From Octopus vulgaris (taxonomy: Eukaryota), in assembly GCA_951406725.2 (NCBI GenBank), contig OX597819.1:1674001-1738000 (forward strand): a stretch of DNA of 64,000 nt, written 5' to 3'. The notes beneath the pieces were generated by a model. The model searched no databases, had not been told where the DNA came from, and saw nothing but the letters and a program-made list of their open reading frames with translations. A program made the position numbers and the translations under genes. Below, in pieces: positions 28,993-43,884 of the stretch. Every line of letters starts with the position of its first letter. The first letter of the stretch is position 1.

Positions 28993-29567
28993 TACATACA
29001 GTAAGTTTACCCTATACCTGCTGCCCAATAAAAGAGCCTGTCTTACTCCTTTGACATTGAAGAGAAATCCAAACGACCAAGAGAAAATTATAAATCGGTT
29101 TGCGTCACTGATTGTTATTTCAGGTAACTAGGGTGGTCAGTCTTAGCGACAATAGTTTATACATTGTATGTTCCAAGTAATAGAGAAGATGCTTGCGTCA
29201 GAAAGTCGAAACTTTTTACGGCGTGACATTTCAGTATCGACATTGATCACGCGTTCAGGTAGCCACCTTGATAGTGTCAATTTATATATAACTGCATGAC
29301 ATGCATGGCTACCGAGTGATAGTAAGCTGTTTCTGTCAAATGTACCTAAGCAAGCAGGACTCTAGATGGTATTCCAGGTTTATCAGAATCCAATGACTTG
29401 AAGTTCAGTAACAGAAAGTATTTCTCTGGATAATAATAAGACAGGTCAGTTTTCCTCTTGATGGATACTGGAGCTTGCTGGAGTATGTATTGTTTCTCAG
29501 GAAGAAACACTCACACACACATGCACACCCATATATACATAACGTAACCCCATCCCATATATATACA

Positions 29568-29672
<105 letters not shown>

Positions 29673-29715
29673 GCGGCATATAAATCTTTAAATATATGTT
29701 TGCTTCCAAGCTTCC

Positions 29716-29902
29716 CAGGCGGAAAGTTGGCAGAATCGTTACGGCGTCAGGCAAAACGCTTAACGACACTTCGTCCGTCTTTACGTTGAGCTCAAATGCT
29801 ACCGAGGTCGACTTTGCCTTTCAACCTTTCTAACGCTAGGGTCGATGTAATCGGCTAACCCTCCTACGAAAATGCTAGCCTTGTGCCAAAATATGAAACC
29901 AA
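29716..29902 (+). mobile_element. SINE, near full length
   Basis: ggcggaaagttggcagaatcgtta head; accgaggtcgactttgcctttc core; ccttgtgccaaaatatgaaacc tail. Confidence 0.85.
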
Positions 29903-29949
29903 CATCAGTCTCTCACACCCTTGCTGTGGTCTTTTAGATACGTTAAATT

Positions 29950-31250
29950 CTCTGACAAATTTTGATTTTATGTCACACCTTTATGTCCCATGTGAATGGC
30001 AAATATGTGAGCTGAAGTTGTGTTGTTTTCGTTAAATTTAATCTTGTTATTGTTCTTTTGCTTGCTTTAAATGTTGCCTCACTTGTGTGTTGTTGCCTCA
30101 CATTGTTTTACTGCAGAGGTGTTTGTGAAGGTGCTGTGATTCAGTTCATTCATTCTATTAAACGTGAAGTGATCCAAACTTGCTTCGCGTATTCGTTGCG
30201 ATGTCTGTAGGCTGGCATTATTTAGGTGTTTGTGTTGCCGAGAAAGAAATCTTACTTCAGCTTTTGTGTTTCTATAAGGCAGATAGACTGTTTAGATATT
30301 TCTCCTTTTCATTGTGTTTCTGCTGGTGTTTTGTGATCGCTAACATATTCTGTGCGCCATTTTTTTATATGGTGGGCTTGGTTGACATTTTGGTGACTTG
30401 ACGAATCTGCCTCTCTTTTCTCCTGGTTTGCGTTTCAAAGTTTTGTTTCATATAATTCTTTTATAAATCTATAGGCTAATTCATTTCTGGTTACAGATAG
30501 CAGGGATAAATATCATACATTGGAATTTGTTGTTAGCACACTAGGTCTAGATTCGTTCTTGTCTAGATTCTTTTTTCCTCTTCAACTTGTACCGGAATCT
30601 ATCGGGAATCACATTCTATTTGCATGAATCCAAATTATAGTTTCTTCAATCCAAATTATAATTCATCAATCCAAATTATAGTTCATCAATCCAAATTATA
30701 GTTTCTTGGGTTCTCTAAATGCTCTCGCTGTTTGAAAACCTTAGGATATAGTCAACCAGCTTTGTTTATATACAAGGACTGCATGCAATAAACGAAATCT
30801 TGAGACTAGTTTGCTGGCTGGACACATATGAGATACATTCCTCATCACCCATATTTGATATGCTGTCAAGGCGTTTGCTTTTGCATTTGTGGATATAACA
30901 GAGCTCTAGCGGACAAGGTGACTTGAGACGATACGGCAGAAGGATTTATTTCTTGCCTTTAAAACTTCTAGCCATAGTTGGGTATTTAAAAACATTTTTT
31001 TGTTATTGAGGTGTTGAGATAGGTAAAGGAAAGCCAACTTGATGCTTTAAGGAATGAAGTTTGCTATCTGCTAGGTGCTTTCCACAGTGTGTTTTCTATT
31101 TCCTGAATATACAGTACAATACAAGAGAACACAGAAGAAGCAACTGACCATATATTGCTACCAAATTATGCCGTAAATAAGGAGGTCAATAATTTTGAAT
31201 GCCTACCTGAAACTGAAAAAAACAATCTTTCACACAAATTAAATAGCAAT
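29950..31250 (-). mobile_element. Possible decayed R4-type pre-RT region
   Basis: Minus-strand translations resemble HNxxAEW...QEWxEI...PGxDxIxNxWxKxLxSLH; heavily decayed. Confidence 0.35.
30627..30707. repeat. 20-21-bp minisatellite x4 (aatccaaattatagttcatc)
   Basis: Directly visible tandem units. Confidence 0.9.
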
Positions 31251-32693
31251 TAGACCATAACAGCAACAACAAGAATGGCTCACAGGATTATACATACATC
31301 AACAACAACTATAGATTTTGTTTTGACTCGTGACTGCTAGAAATGCAAGGAAAAGAAGTAAATATCCACATTCTATCAAGGCGTTATACAGAAAATCAAT
31401 AGTTCAATAAAAATATTTGAGATAAATTTCCTTGTACACATCCAAAATATTTAACTTTACGATTCCAGAGATTGTAACGAACACAGGAAGTAGATTTTGA
31501 CTGTCCCACAGCCAACTATTAGAAGGAATCATTGATGGACTTGTGGCAAGTTTGTTGTGGCGTAACAGCATACCCACAATTCCCTTGCAACACCACCACT
31601 GTAGTACAAGATATGGATACAGTAGGATTATATTTAACTAAAGCCAACCTTACAAACGCACATGCGAGTATGCACATTAGTTGATAACATCAAACGCAAG
31701 AGTGCAAAGCCATTTTAAATGTTATAGAAAAAAAGGTAAAGAAAGTCCTGGGAATATAACCAGGTAACTCGATCACAAAAGGTAAATGTGTTTAAGGGCT
31801 TTAATATGACTTGCCCAAAATAAACAATGTTAGTTCCAATGCACAATTTCTGATCAAAATTCTTGCAAAATAAATTTAAAAACAGGCATTTATTGATTTC
31901 CATATAGCATTATTGCTTCCGTTATGGTTTTTAGTATCTAAAGCCATATATCATTTTACAGATGCATTTAAATCAGTTGAACTCTTTATTGTCACCCGAA
32001 CTCACGCGTTCGAGATATTTGATATATGTATACTCGCAACGAAAGTATTCGAAAAAATGCATTTATGAGTTATAAAGCTATTGTCATATAGACAAAAGCT
32101 GAAGTAAAACACCTCATCTGTTTTAAATCACAATAAATGCTCGTGCACTATGTAAATACCGGAATACACATGCGTCAACAGTATATATAGTACCTGAAGA
32201 AAATAAGGAATAAGTCATGAACATAATTCCGTCCTTTTTTAATTACACTTTGGTACGGATATTACCACACACGTCATACAATAAAATAATGCACTAAATA
32301 CGTTAGTTTTTGAATATATTATAGTCTTTTTGTCTGAGATCTTGTCCAACAAAGCAGTCGTTGTCGAATAGCATTAGTAACAATAAGTTTTACCAAGGTA
32401 AATGAAAGAAACCTTTACTAGGTATTATAATGATATTTTGTCACGTCCAGTTAGATATTTAATGTAATATAAAATATCTGAGTAAAATTGTGGAGGAATA
32501 GCGAGGTTTAATCTAATAAAACTGATTTTGAATGAAACCTAACTGCAGTGTGTGATAAAATATGATAGTTTTGTAAAAATAACACTTCTAGATTTATGCA
32601 GTCATATTTTTCAATGATGCCGTAACAATGATGGTGATTCCATATTAGATATCAAATCAATATGTATTGATTTGTATCAAAGGATGTCCCTAA

Positions 32694-32736
<43 letters not shown>

Positions 32737-34121
32737 AACATATATATCTGAATTGGTTATTAATAATAGATATATATTTCAAAAAATAATAATTATGAAA
32801 ATATTCGAAAATTCAATATTAACAAATTATCTAGTTCAGTATGTGATTGGAAAATATTTGATTTAATTAGGTATAATCTTATAAGCGCCTTGGCAGTTGG
32901 GTTGTTTTAAAAACTATCTGCATTTATCGTAATTTAAAGTATTATATTAGTTTATAATTTTAAATACATATTTACAATAATTATCTTAGAGCATTCTATA
33001 TTTAGAATCGGAGCTATTAGTATAAGTATTACAAATCCCATTTTCATGTTTTTTTATATTGTAGGCGCCATAATAAAGCATTTTTTAAATTGTAATTTTT
33101 CGTTGTGTTTGTACCGTTTTGAATTTTAGTATTATTCATGTTGTTAAATTAATTTTATATAAAGTTAATGACTTTTGTTTTGATTCAATCGTTTATGACC
33201 ATTTTTTTCAGTTCATTTTATTTGATTATAGCTGTTATCTCTAGGAATCGCATTTTTTTTCATTTGCTTGAATTTTTATTTGTCTTGTTTGCTTGCTTTC
33301 TTGCCGTTTTTTTCTGAATTAAAACTCCCCCTTTTTGTTTAGCTGAAGCATGGATATTGTAGTTTGGATTTATGTAAAGGAAAGCCTTTTGATATTGAAA
33401 TAATGTCAATATTAAAAACAGAGTTGATTATATATGTATTATTGCAATTCTTCTTCAGAAACAGAAGTGCTTAACTTTGCATTTCGATTTTTCCTGTTGT
33501 CATCATTCTAATATATTTTAACCAGTATTCCTTTTCTATTTATATATTTATTAATATTTAATTGTATTCATCTATTAACCCACAATTCTAATTTCAAGAC
33601 TCACTTCTGAAGAATGACAAACATTCCTTTACACAGGATTTCATTAGTTGAAAAACTCACTAACTTTAGTTCTCTTGCTTTGTATCAAAACATCAAATAT
33701 TTTATTACTAACAAAATTCGGCCATTGTTTAAACGTAAATTACGTTGCAACTTACTTAATATTTTATAACTACTTTCTGTTTAAGAGATACCAGTTGGAT
33801 ACAAAACAAGAGTGCATGCATGAGTAAAAGCAACTTGCATTTTTAATTTTCTATCAAATCCGACAAAGATAAATGTAGTAAAGACAGCTTAACTAATTAC
33901 TCATCAGATCATTGACAATTCGTATCAGCTTCTTGTAAATAGCTTTAAGACGAAAATAAACCAAACAACTTTTTTTCCCATTACATATTTGGAACAATAT
34001 TAAGCTGTAAGCAGAATTTCATAAGTATGCCTCTTATTTCTTTGCAAAGAAACTGTAATTGTTAAACTGCATTAATTACTCAAATTCATTTATATAATTT
34101 CAAGTTTATAACCATATACAT

Positions 34122-34157
<36 letters not shown>

Positions 34158-35469
34158 GTAATAATTACTTGGTTAATTAGTTAATTAACGCAGTCATATG
34201 TAAGAGTTCCGTTTCGCGAACAACAAACCGTTGGTATTTGTGTGCAACATTTATTGTTTAGATCATATATAAGTTGTATACTTTTCATTATATTCATTGA
34301 TTAAAAGACGCTGTCTAGTACTAATTTATCTCAGCCGGTTCACCCTGAAAATATCCTGCAAAGTTGTTTGGAACGTTTGTTATTCTTCATTTTTAATGTA
34401 GATATTGAGCGAGCGACGTTCTCAGAAATATCAGGAAATATAAGAAATCTAAATACGAAGAAAGTCTAAATTGACTACGTGGCAAAACAAATGCCTCAAA
34501 ATGAAGTAAATGACTGAAATATGTGCATCATATTTAGGGGGGAAATAATAATACAAAGGCCAATTATTTTCTTTGGAAAATTAATTGTAGCCAATAACAA
34601 AACTCTGGTCTTCTTTCGGAAACATAAATTGATAAATCATGAATTATAATGCTAAAACATTTAACATTTCAATACAGCTTATTAAATAATGAAGTTACTA
34701 TATAACTATTAACTTACTAATATTTATAATTAACATAATTCAAACAAATTTATAGTGCCTAGTTTAGATTGTTCCACTATTGGATATGAAAGATTAAATG
34801 TGTGTGCTTGTATTTGCATGCGATACCACTTATATTTTTGATGAAGTTTTTTTTTACTAAGCAACGTTTCATAGCATCGTGTCATAATTTCGTACATAAT
34901 CGGACAAATACACAGATATTTACACATAAACACACACAAAGATACTTATGTAAAAGCTGATCTCCTCTTCGTACAATTGATAATTATTACAAGTATGGAA
35001 AATATTTCTGAACTTCTTAATTTCATGAAACAACGTTTTGCAATCCCATGACTTGGTATTGATTCCAAAACCTATTAGCAGAGTTTTAGAAGTCTGTTTA
35101 ATTAATTAATTGATCAATTAATTAATGAAATAATAATAATAATAATAATAACAGTTATAATAACAATAACAACAACAACAACAATAATAATAATAATAAT
35201 AATAACAACAACAACAACAACAACAACAACAATAGCAATTAATTTTGAATAGCGACATCAACAGAGCTTCTAACAAAATACGTTTGATTTAATTAGGGAA
35301 CATCTTATTCATGCTCCCTTAACTTTACGATGTCTCGCGACAAATTTGTATCAGATGCAAACGCAATAAAACAATTGCCTTTCCTGAAACGATAAGCTAA
35401 AACATCAATTAAGTACAGTCTATGATGCATATATTGTTATGACTTGATTGAAATTATCATTATTATTTA

Positions 35470-36400
35470 CATGCTGACGATTGCTGGGTTAGCAGAACCG
35501 TTAACCTATACCGGGTAAATTTTGCCCTTCATCATTTTAGAGATGAAATAGAAAACCGGTCGTCAATCATTGGGGACGAGGTAATCTAGTAGTTTCTGAC
35601 TCCCTAATCTTCTGGTTTTGTGCATATGCTAGCAACTATAATTAATAACGTGGTAGATTGGCAGTAAAGTTAGTGCGTCGAACAACATGCAGTGCAGTAG
35701 TCCCAGTTGTTTACGTTATGAGTTGTAACTGGACCGGGGTAAACTTTGCCTTTGATCCATTGGAAATTGATAAAGTACCTGGCAAGTACAGCGGTTTATG
35801 AAATCGAGTTATCTCCTTCCCTCAAAGCCTTATCAAGATGTTGGATTGGCAGTAAAAGTAGAGTATTGAACAAAATGCAACATGGCATTTATTCCGGTTC
35901 TCTATTGTCTGATTTCGAATCTTACTGATGTCAAGTTTACCATACACTTTTTCTGGGTTTATAAATAAAGTACCAGTAACTGCAGTCGAGATAATCGACT
36001 TACTTTCTTTCCTTTATTTCAGATCTAGGACGTGAACTGGGCTCTTAGCGCTCTGACTTCATATTTCACCGATGTCGGTTTTCACTAAAGCACAAGTTGT
36101 ACCCATCAGCTGCTGAGTTCGATATAATCGACCGTTTGTATCCCCTAGAATACCCGGTCTTGTGCCGAAGTAGAAAAAATTATTCTTGCAAATGGATTGG
36201 CAGAATTGTTAGAGCATTGGGAAAAATTAGGTGTAGTATATCTTCCGACTCCTTACGTTCAGAGTTGAACTCCTCCGAGGTCAGTTTCCCTCCATCTTTC
36301 TGGGGTCGATAAAATAAAGTATCAGACAAGCACAGGAGTTAATTTTATTAACTAACCCCGCCCTTCAAATTACCTGGCATTGTGCCTAAATTAGAAATAA
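35470..36400 (+). mobile_element. Cluster of about five old same-orientation SINE copies
   Basis: Repeated degenerate ttggcag..gttag heads (35500, 35658, 35846, 36197) and tttgcctt..catc..gataaa..agtacc cores. Confidence 0.75.
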
Positions 36401-36589
36401 TTAATATTGTTATTAGTAGTAGTGTTATTTATATTATCATTATTATTGTTGTTTTCTTGTTATTGTTATTATTGTTGCTGTTCATTACCGTAGCTACAGA
36501 TGTTTGGAAGGTTCATGAGTTTAAGTCTTGTTTTCTTGTTTTAGCGGGTTGTGTTTGTTGATTTCATTGTTTCTATTTCGTTATTAAGC

Positions 36590-39500
36590 CGACCAAGACC
36601 GTACGGAAGAGGTTGACACTTTCTTTTACTCGACCTATGGGCAAACTTTTAAAAGGAAATATTTTTAAAACAAGGCAAACATTTTCAAAATGCCTACCTT
36701 ACAATTGTCTTTACTGGCCGGCCAGCAAGACAGATAGGTGAGAGATAATTTTGATAGTGGAACTGTTATTTGCAGTAAACATCACCCACCGCACAACACT
36801 CAGTCGTAGTTATTAATCAGCAATAGCAGCAGAGCGTCGGTAGCAACAACTACAATGTTAAGAGCAGCAGAAGCAGCGACAACAATAACAATAACAATAG
36901 CAATAACAGCAACAGTAACAAAACAATCAACATTGGTAACAGCGGCAGCAGCAGCAACTACGTATCAAAGAAAGCAGGTTGTATCGGGCATACTGCTGTC
37001 ATCCCCAACAAAATCACCACCGGTAGAGAAGAAAATTCATTGCAACCGTTGCCGACCCTGTAGCAATAAACTACAGTTGCAGCAATAGAACCAATACAAC
37101 AACAACGATGACTGCAACAAGAGTAACAGCAGCAGCACCGAAAGATCGGCTAATAATCATAATTTGCTAGTGTTGCTAATAGTTTTGATCAAGTTCCATT
37201 GAGACGAAAGAAAAGAAGAAAAACAGAAACGGTAACACTTCGAAGAGCAGAATGACACAACAGACAACGGTAACGGTTACACTCACAATAACGAATGAAA
37301 TCCATCACCATACAAGTATCACACACGATATTAACAAATACCACATTGATATACATAAGAATTAGAAAAATATCACATTAAACATTTCCCGACGAAGTAT
37401 GAGACTTCTCAGATAATATTAACAAAAGCTTTTGCAATGATTAACTTGTGGAAACACCCACAACAAGTCGTAGGGATGGAACACCTGTCCCTCCACAGGA
37501 GTAAGGTAAGTGAACCTTTATCACTTTCCTTCTTCTGTCTTACTTGGACTTATAGTGTGAGTGCTCGTGGTCTGGGGTCACTTGGAAGCAGGGCCCCCTG
37601 CACAACGACGACCTCAGGTTACGACATATAAATGCAATAGCTAACAAGATGAAAATTTTTGTGTCACGAGCAGGCACACCCATTTTTCGTAGCTATGAGG
37701 TGTACGCATCTCCAAGGAGTTGAATCTGCAGCGTTTCTTCGGGAAAGTGTGGATCTAGCGACACAGAGCACCTTCGTGAATCCAAAAGGTAAGTTTGTGT
37801 TACTAGACATGAGTAGCAGCGAAAGCCATACTTTCAGACTATTAGCCGTTTCTAACAATGGTGGGGCAGCTAGATTTCTTCCATCATCCAGAGGTTTTGT
37901 AAGGAACTTTCCGAATTGGATTGAGCAATTGGAACGCTTTCTTTACAAAAGCGCATGGATTGCGTGAGGTTAGGTTATAAGAAACAAAATACAAGTGCCT
38001 TGCAAACCAACTCAGATGTTTCCAACTCTTTAACAGTTAAAGACAGGAATTTTTCTAATTTACTAATATGGATAATGACATACTGCATCGGGTCATAAAA
38101 AACGTACCTAGAGTCTTTTGTAGAGACGCGGCAGATTTTTTTTATCAGTTCAAAGTGAAGTACATAGAGCTCAAATTTGTGATCTATACTGTTGACCTAG
38201 ATAGGCTTCATTGGCGTGAATACAGTTATTGGAGATGAAATATGTCCCGGCACACCAAGCTTACAACAACTATATTAGCAAATAAATTAAGCGTGAGTTC
38301 ACAGGGGAAATCATCTACAATAAATGGTATTTCCTTCTGAAAAGTGCGATTAGAGTAGAATCTTTGCGGTTTAGTAAGGAAGAAGCGACAATGTGTTTGT
38401 GGCGAAAATCACTCCGGACCAATACAGCGCAAAACTCGAAAGCTACATTGAAAGAATCAAGAAACGTTTACTAACACTAGACATGAAGAAAGCTGTCTGA
38501 TGGGCCCGAATAGCATACGCACAACGTAGCAACAAAGCCACAATTCAGTATTTGCTGAGCTATGATGTACACTTGCTACTCGATTCCAAGCAAATGTGTG
38601 TGTCTTTTTAGCAGTACTTTGCTCAAACTTTCTCGACAGCCTACCATGACCGGCGGTGAGGAAGTCGGAAAGGTGTTAAAATGCTGATAGCAGCCACGGG
38701 AACATAGGAAGTGAGCCTATCTGCACAAAGAGGAAATATCCTGGTTTGGATGGCCTATTCTTCCAGCTTAATCTACATATGCCAAACTTCTTTATACCCT
38801 CTTGGTAGGCATCTACCGCAACTATCTGCAGAACGGAAGAATCTCTTGTTCTGTGCAATGAGGAATACAAATACTACTGAGAAAGGACCCGAACAAGGAG
38901 GACTTCCCATAGCTCTGCAGCTCATTTTCAGCCCATAACTCTACAAAGCCCAGATTTAAAGATTTTGGTCCAGTTGTTAGTGAAGAATTTGTCGGTAGTC
39001 TTCTTGGTGATGTGCAAGCACGCGCTATCCCTTACATATCTCGTCATGACAACCTTTTACTCATGTGATACATCATAAAAAAGTGTGTGTTAGAAAGATG
39101 GCATAGATAGGACCTTGAAGAAATTAGATTATATCGAAAGCCTCCAATGGGGTCGACCACCAATACTCGGTGGTTGTTCCCATGGCAGCCGCATTTTCAG
39201 CGTTAGGATCACCTCAATGTACAATGATAACTGCTAGATAGTCATAGTGAATGGTCACCGACGGAAACTTTCAGTATCATGTACTCTGTCCGTCAAGGTT
39301 GTTTCTTGTCCTTTCTGTTTGTGGTCGACTTTTGAACCATTACACAAAATATTTGGAGCCATTGAGGAGCATCATTCGCAAAGTAGGTTGCGGAAGATTT
39401 GTGTCGGCATATGCGAAAGATATCATCATCATAGTGTCGGACACCAAGGACATCGAGATGATAAATACCGCATTAAGATGGTGACAGGAGCAAAAGTTGA

Positions 39501-39740
39501 TGAGGAAATGTCGGTGGATCTGCAACTGGGCACCCAGGAAAGTAACTCCATTCCGTCCCACAGCGTTGTGGAATGTTGGGCAAACAGAAAGGTTAAATTG
39601 CGCGGTGTTTGGTTTTGCCTTAGTATCTAAGTAGAGAATTGGTGCAATATGAAAAGCAGTGTGGTAAATTACGTCCAGGAATGGATCGAGTGAAAGCTAT
39701 GCTTTAAGAGTTGGGTAGAGGTAGCAAATGGTTACAACAC
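36590..39740 (+). mobile_element. Decayed L1/Tx1-clade LINE (ORF1 remnant, APE endonuclease, RT)
   Basis: VSARGLGS (NVRGL), PKGKFVLLDMS..FRLLAVS (APE), FQPITLQSPDLKIL, RAIPYISRHDNLLLM, KASNGVDHQY (KAFDRVDH), SVRQGC, VSAYAKDIIIIVS (YADD); many stops and frameshifts. Confidence 0.88.
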
Positions 39741-41124
39741 CACCACCATATATCCATGGTACTCTTGTCAAATTTCACATCTCACCGGACTGGATTATTT
39801 GCTATGTCTTTAATGCTACCATTGCATTTGAGATGAAAATAATTTTAAAGTAATTCCATGTTCTCTGAAGTTCGTATTTCAGATTCTGTAATTTTTCTAT
39901 TTTCTTTTGCTCTTTATGAAATTTATTAGTATCAAATTAGCTAGCAAAATTGACTAAGCAGCACACTATTTTCTCTTTATTGTATGTACTATTTCCTCGG
40001 TGTAAATGATCATTCAACCCATTCATCTGACATTTTATATCCAACCGTAAATTTACATAGTTGTTTTGAAGAACGTCATATAATTTTTCCACAAGTTCAA
40101 ATCCAAAACTTTTACACTGCACGATTGCAATGAGTTCCTCCATATCTCCAGTTTTTGTAAACCCTTTAATCAAGCAACTTTCATTTAAAGACTACAGTCA
40201 TAACCGTCTTTTCTCTTTCACCACCACAAATTCTAAAACCTCTCATCTTGGGAGCCTGAAGTATTTTGATAAAAACTACTGTGCATACTTTTCTCTTTCT
40301 ATCCACATAAAAGCCCTGCATTCCTGATGAAAAGAAAATTACATAGAAATTGGTTAAAGTCACTTAACTATGATACGAACTTGTAAAGAAATATTCTCTC
40401 AATGTTCGAGATCATCGAAAACAAGCTTTGACCAGAACACATACATACAGATACGATGTAACCCAAGTACTTATTATTAAACAAAACTCATATACTCATA
40501 TGAGATAAACAATCTTGGCAAGCCATACCAAACAATCCACCTAATAAAGTACACTTCATTTTTTAACCACAGCAGATTTCCAAACGCATTAACGAAATTA
40601 TTCAGTCATGACTACCGCTTACATCAAAACTTATTCAATTGATAACTATATCTTTAATTTCGTTTACAATTAAAGTTACACGCTCCATATACAAACAAGT
40701 TGTGAAAATTCCCTAATTTTTTACCGAAGCAATGTTCTTATCAACAAATCCATGCTAAGATGATACCAATATTTAGAAACATAATATCATGCATACCCAA
40801 ACAGACTTAACCACAAAACATATATTCAAACAAAGAGTAATTATAAACGAACAATTCTTATTGAAAATACGCTCTTTATCAACTAATACACGAAAAATAA
40901 ATACAATCCTACAAAAATAACCAAAAATGACTGCCCAGAAAAATTACGAACCAATCAGCGAACGCAAAACTATCCTTCATCAGACACAACCAAAAGACCA
41001 CATTCACTCCAATGAATACAATGTATATATATGCCAACAAACTGTGTTGTAACAGACCTCACCTGGTGGTCAGTTGAAAACTCGAACTGCGATGAACATA
41101 CAGTATGAATAAACTATATACGTA

Positions 41125-41915
41125 CATACACGCATGTATATATACATACATACACATACATACATACATTCATACATACATACATACATACATACATTCA
41201 TACATTCATACATACATACATACATACATACATACATACATACATTCATACATACATACATACATTCATACATACATACATACATACATACATTCATACA
41301 TACATACATACATACATACATTCATTCATACATACATACATACATACATACATAATACATACATTCATACATACATACATACATACCTACATTCATACAT
41401 ACATACATACATTCATACATACATACATACATACATACATACATTCATACATACATACATTCATACATTCATACATACATTCATACATGCATACATTCAT
41501 TCATACATACATACATACATACATACATACATTCATACATTCATACATACATACATTCATACATTCATACATTCATACATACATACATACATACATACAT
41601 TCATACATTCATACATACATACATACATACATTCATACATTCATACATACATACATACATTCATACATTCATACATTCATACATACATACATACATTCAT
41701 ACATTCATACATACATACATACATACATACATACATACATTCATACATACATACATACATTCATACATTCATACATACATACATACATTCATACATTCAT
41801 ACATTCATACATACATACATACATACATACATTCATACATACATACATACATTCATACATACATACATACATGCATACATACATACATGCATACATACAT
41901 ACATACATACATACA
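41125..41915. repeat. Long (CATA)n microsatellite interspersed with CATT variants
   Basis: Directly visible, ~790 bp; generates the 273-aa YIHT ORF. Confidence 0.97.
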
Positions 41916-42345
41916 ATCATACGTAACCATAAATAACCATAAATATTGCAGCTAAATTCGAAAATTCAGGTTGAAAGCATTTCTATGTACAATGTTGCGT
42001 ACACCGTAAAATAGTCTATTATACATGCAGAGGGCAAAGCACATTTAAAAGGACAACAAAATTCATAATTCAAATATTCAATTCCTACAGATATTTATAT
42101 AATTCTTACATAACATAATAAACTTAGTTATATAATAGTACATGATGTGAGAATCATGCTAACAAAGACATTTCTAATAAGATTTGCTAAAAAATAAAAC
42201 ATTTCTTATATAAAGAAGAATAAATAGTGGAGAGTAAAATGAAGAAATTTGAAAAAATAACGAAAGACAGTAATAATACGCTTATATAGCTGGAATTGTA
42301 ATTAATATAATTCATACAGACACTCTCCCATACCACTGTAATCGC

Positions 42346-42414
<69 letters not shown>

Positions 42415-42559
42415 CACCAGTATTACTATTATCATGATCATGATCATCGTCGTCGTCGTCGTCGTCATCATCATCATCATCTTCAAACCTTCTTTGTATT
42501 GTATATTATTTCAAATTCCAAGTACGTTTATGCTTGCATTGACTTACAGTTTCATTCTT

Positions 42560-43884
42560 TAAGCTTAATAGATTTCGGTCTGCGCTTAAAATCTTTAGAA
42601 ATTTATGCCTACATAAAAGACAGTCTTGTCTGTCTTCGTGGTATATTTGGTTGAATTCATAACACTCCATTCTATCCCATAAACTTTGCTTGTAGATTTT
42701 ATATCAAATATATATTCTGCACGAGAGACAGAGTTTTCAAGTTAGGGGTTTCTTCAAAAAAATAAATGAATACAGATCCTTTGTAATATTTACGAGCATT
42801 ATGTATCTGTACCTTTGGCACACAATATTTCAACTTCCATTTAGCGGATACACATCAGTTACTCTCATTATTGCATTGATTGCAACTTACTAGGCTAAAA
42901 TGTAATTCCAACACTTGTTTAGACTTCAGACACTTGTACGAAATATCACATTTTCAAAATTATTACTATCAATATTAGAAACAGCAATTGAGCAATTATT
43001 CCTCTGACCACTTAAGTTTTCTATTGCTCTAGGCATTCAGCTCTTAATAGGATTACAGGGTATGGAAGGGTACCCTATAAATTCTATTTACCGTTTTAGA
43101 TCCTAAGCCTGAGTTTGCTAGCTTTGCAAAATTAATATTACCACTCCTATTCAATTTGCCACTATTACAGTGGCAACAATGTTTGGGTGATTGGAGGAGG
43201 ACATTTTTATGATGCAAGTCGTAATTATGCCGTTGGAGAAAATTGTTTCAAGAATACTAGATAATACTTTTGAATTATGTATTCAGTCCCTTACGACGAA
43301 GATTACACCAGCTTAATGATTTTATTCTATAAGACAAATATTGAAGATAGTGCGTTTTTTCACATTTTGCTACATGGTTAGATCTAGTAACAGTTTTATT
43401 TCTATTAGAGTTCATAACACTTATTCTATTTTTACATGAACTATTTTACAATCTACTTCATATTAATATTATTGTCGGTGTTCCTAAACGTTCACTGTGT
43501 GTGTCTTCCTGCTTAGCAATGTTGTTTTTATTTATTAGTGATCTTACCAGATGCATTAGCAAATTAAGTAAGAAATTATTAAAATTTCCACCTGCTCGAC
43601 CAGTCATTATCTTTCTGAATATTATGTTAACCAGTTTACTTGTAGTGGAAAGATATTTCTTGATATTTATATACTTATCATATTTAAGTGTCTTTATAAA
43701 TGTATATTATGTATAGAGGTAACTTGTGAGGTGTTATTATGTAGGTAATTTTCTTCTTAGCATCACTTCTTAGCAAAGCTTGGTTATAACAGTCACATCT
43801 TGTTTTAGAATCTATTGGATGTTCCTTACAGAGTAGATTTCTTATGAATATATTTCAATCTCATTTTGGTCTATTAATAGAAAA
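42560..43884 (-). mobile_element. Old Penelope-like element (Neptune-type linker + GIY-YIG), continuing at 45318-45480 on the far side of a younger insertion
   Basis: YIHKKS..RNI, YNQALLRSDAKKKITY, ISWCN..FLQRHNY, CVYPLNGS.NIV, YYKGS, EYIFDIK..YGIEWSV..DCLLCR. The RT thumb-like segment LGATQNLNFG lies at 45340-45370. Confidence 0.6.

Noticed and set aside
30627-30707. CRISPR-like short repeats (also 57823-57964)
   Set aside because: Contiguous tandem units with no unique spacers, in a eukaryotic context: minisatellites.
35101-35126. Short perfect palindrome attaattaattgatcaattaattaat (and hairpins at 8696-8720, 18611-18640, 32650-32677)
   Set aside because: Expected by chance or slippage in AT-rich low-complexity DNA; no associated structure.
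40960-40990. CUGAUGAAGGAUA on the minus strand as an HHR
   Set aside because: No stem II/GAAA completion nearby.
41105-41926. Longest ORF (273 aa, YIHT repeats) and the many poly-I/N/Y/YI/TH ORFs
   Set aside because: Pure read-through of (CATA)n, (TAA)n, (TA)n and (CA)n microsatellites.
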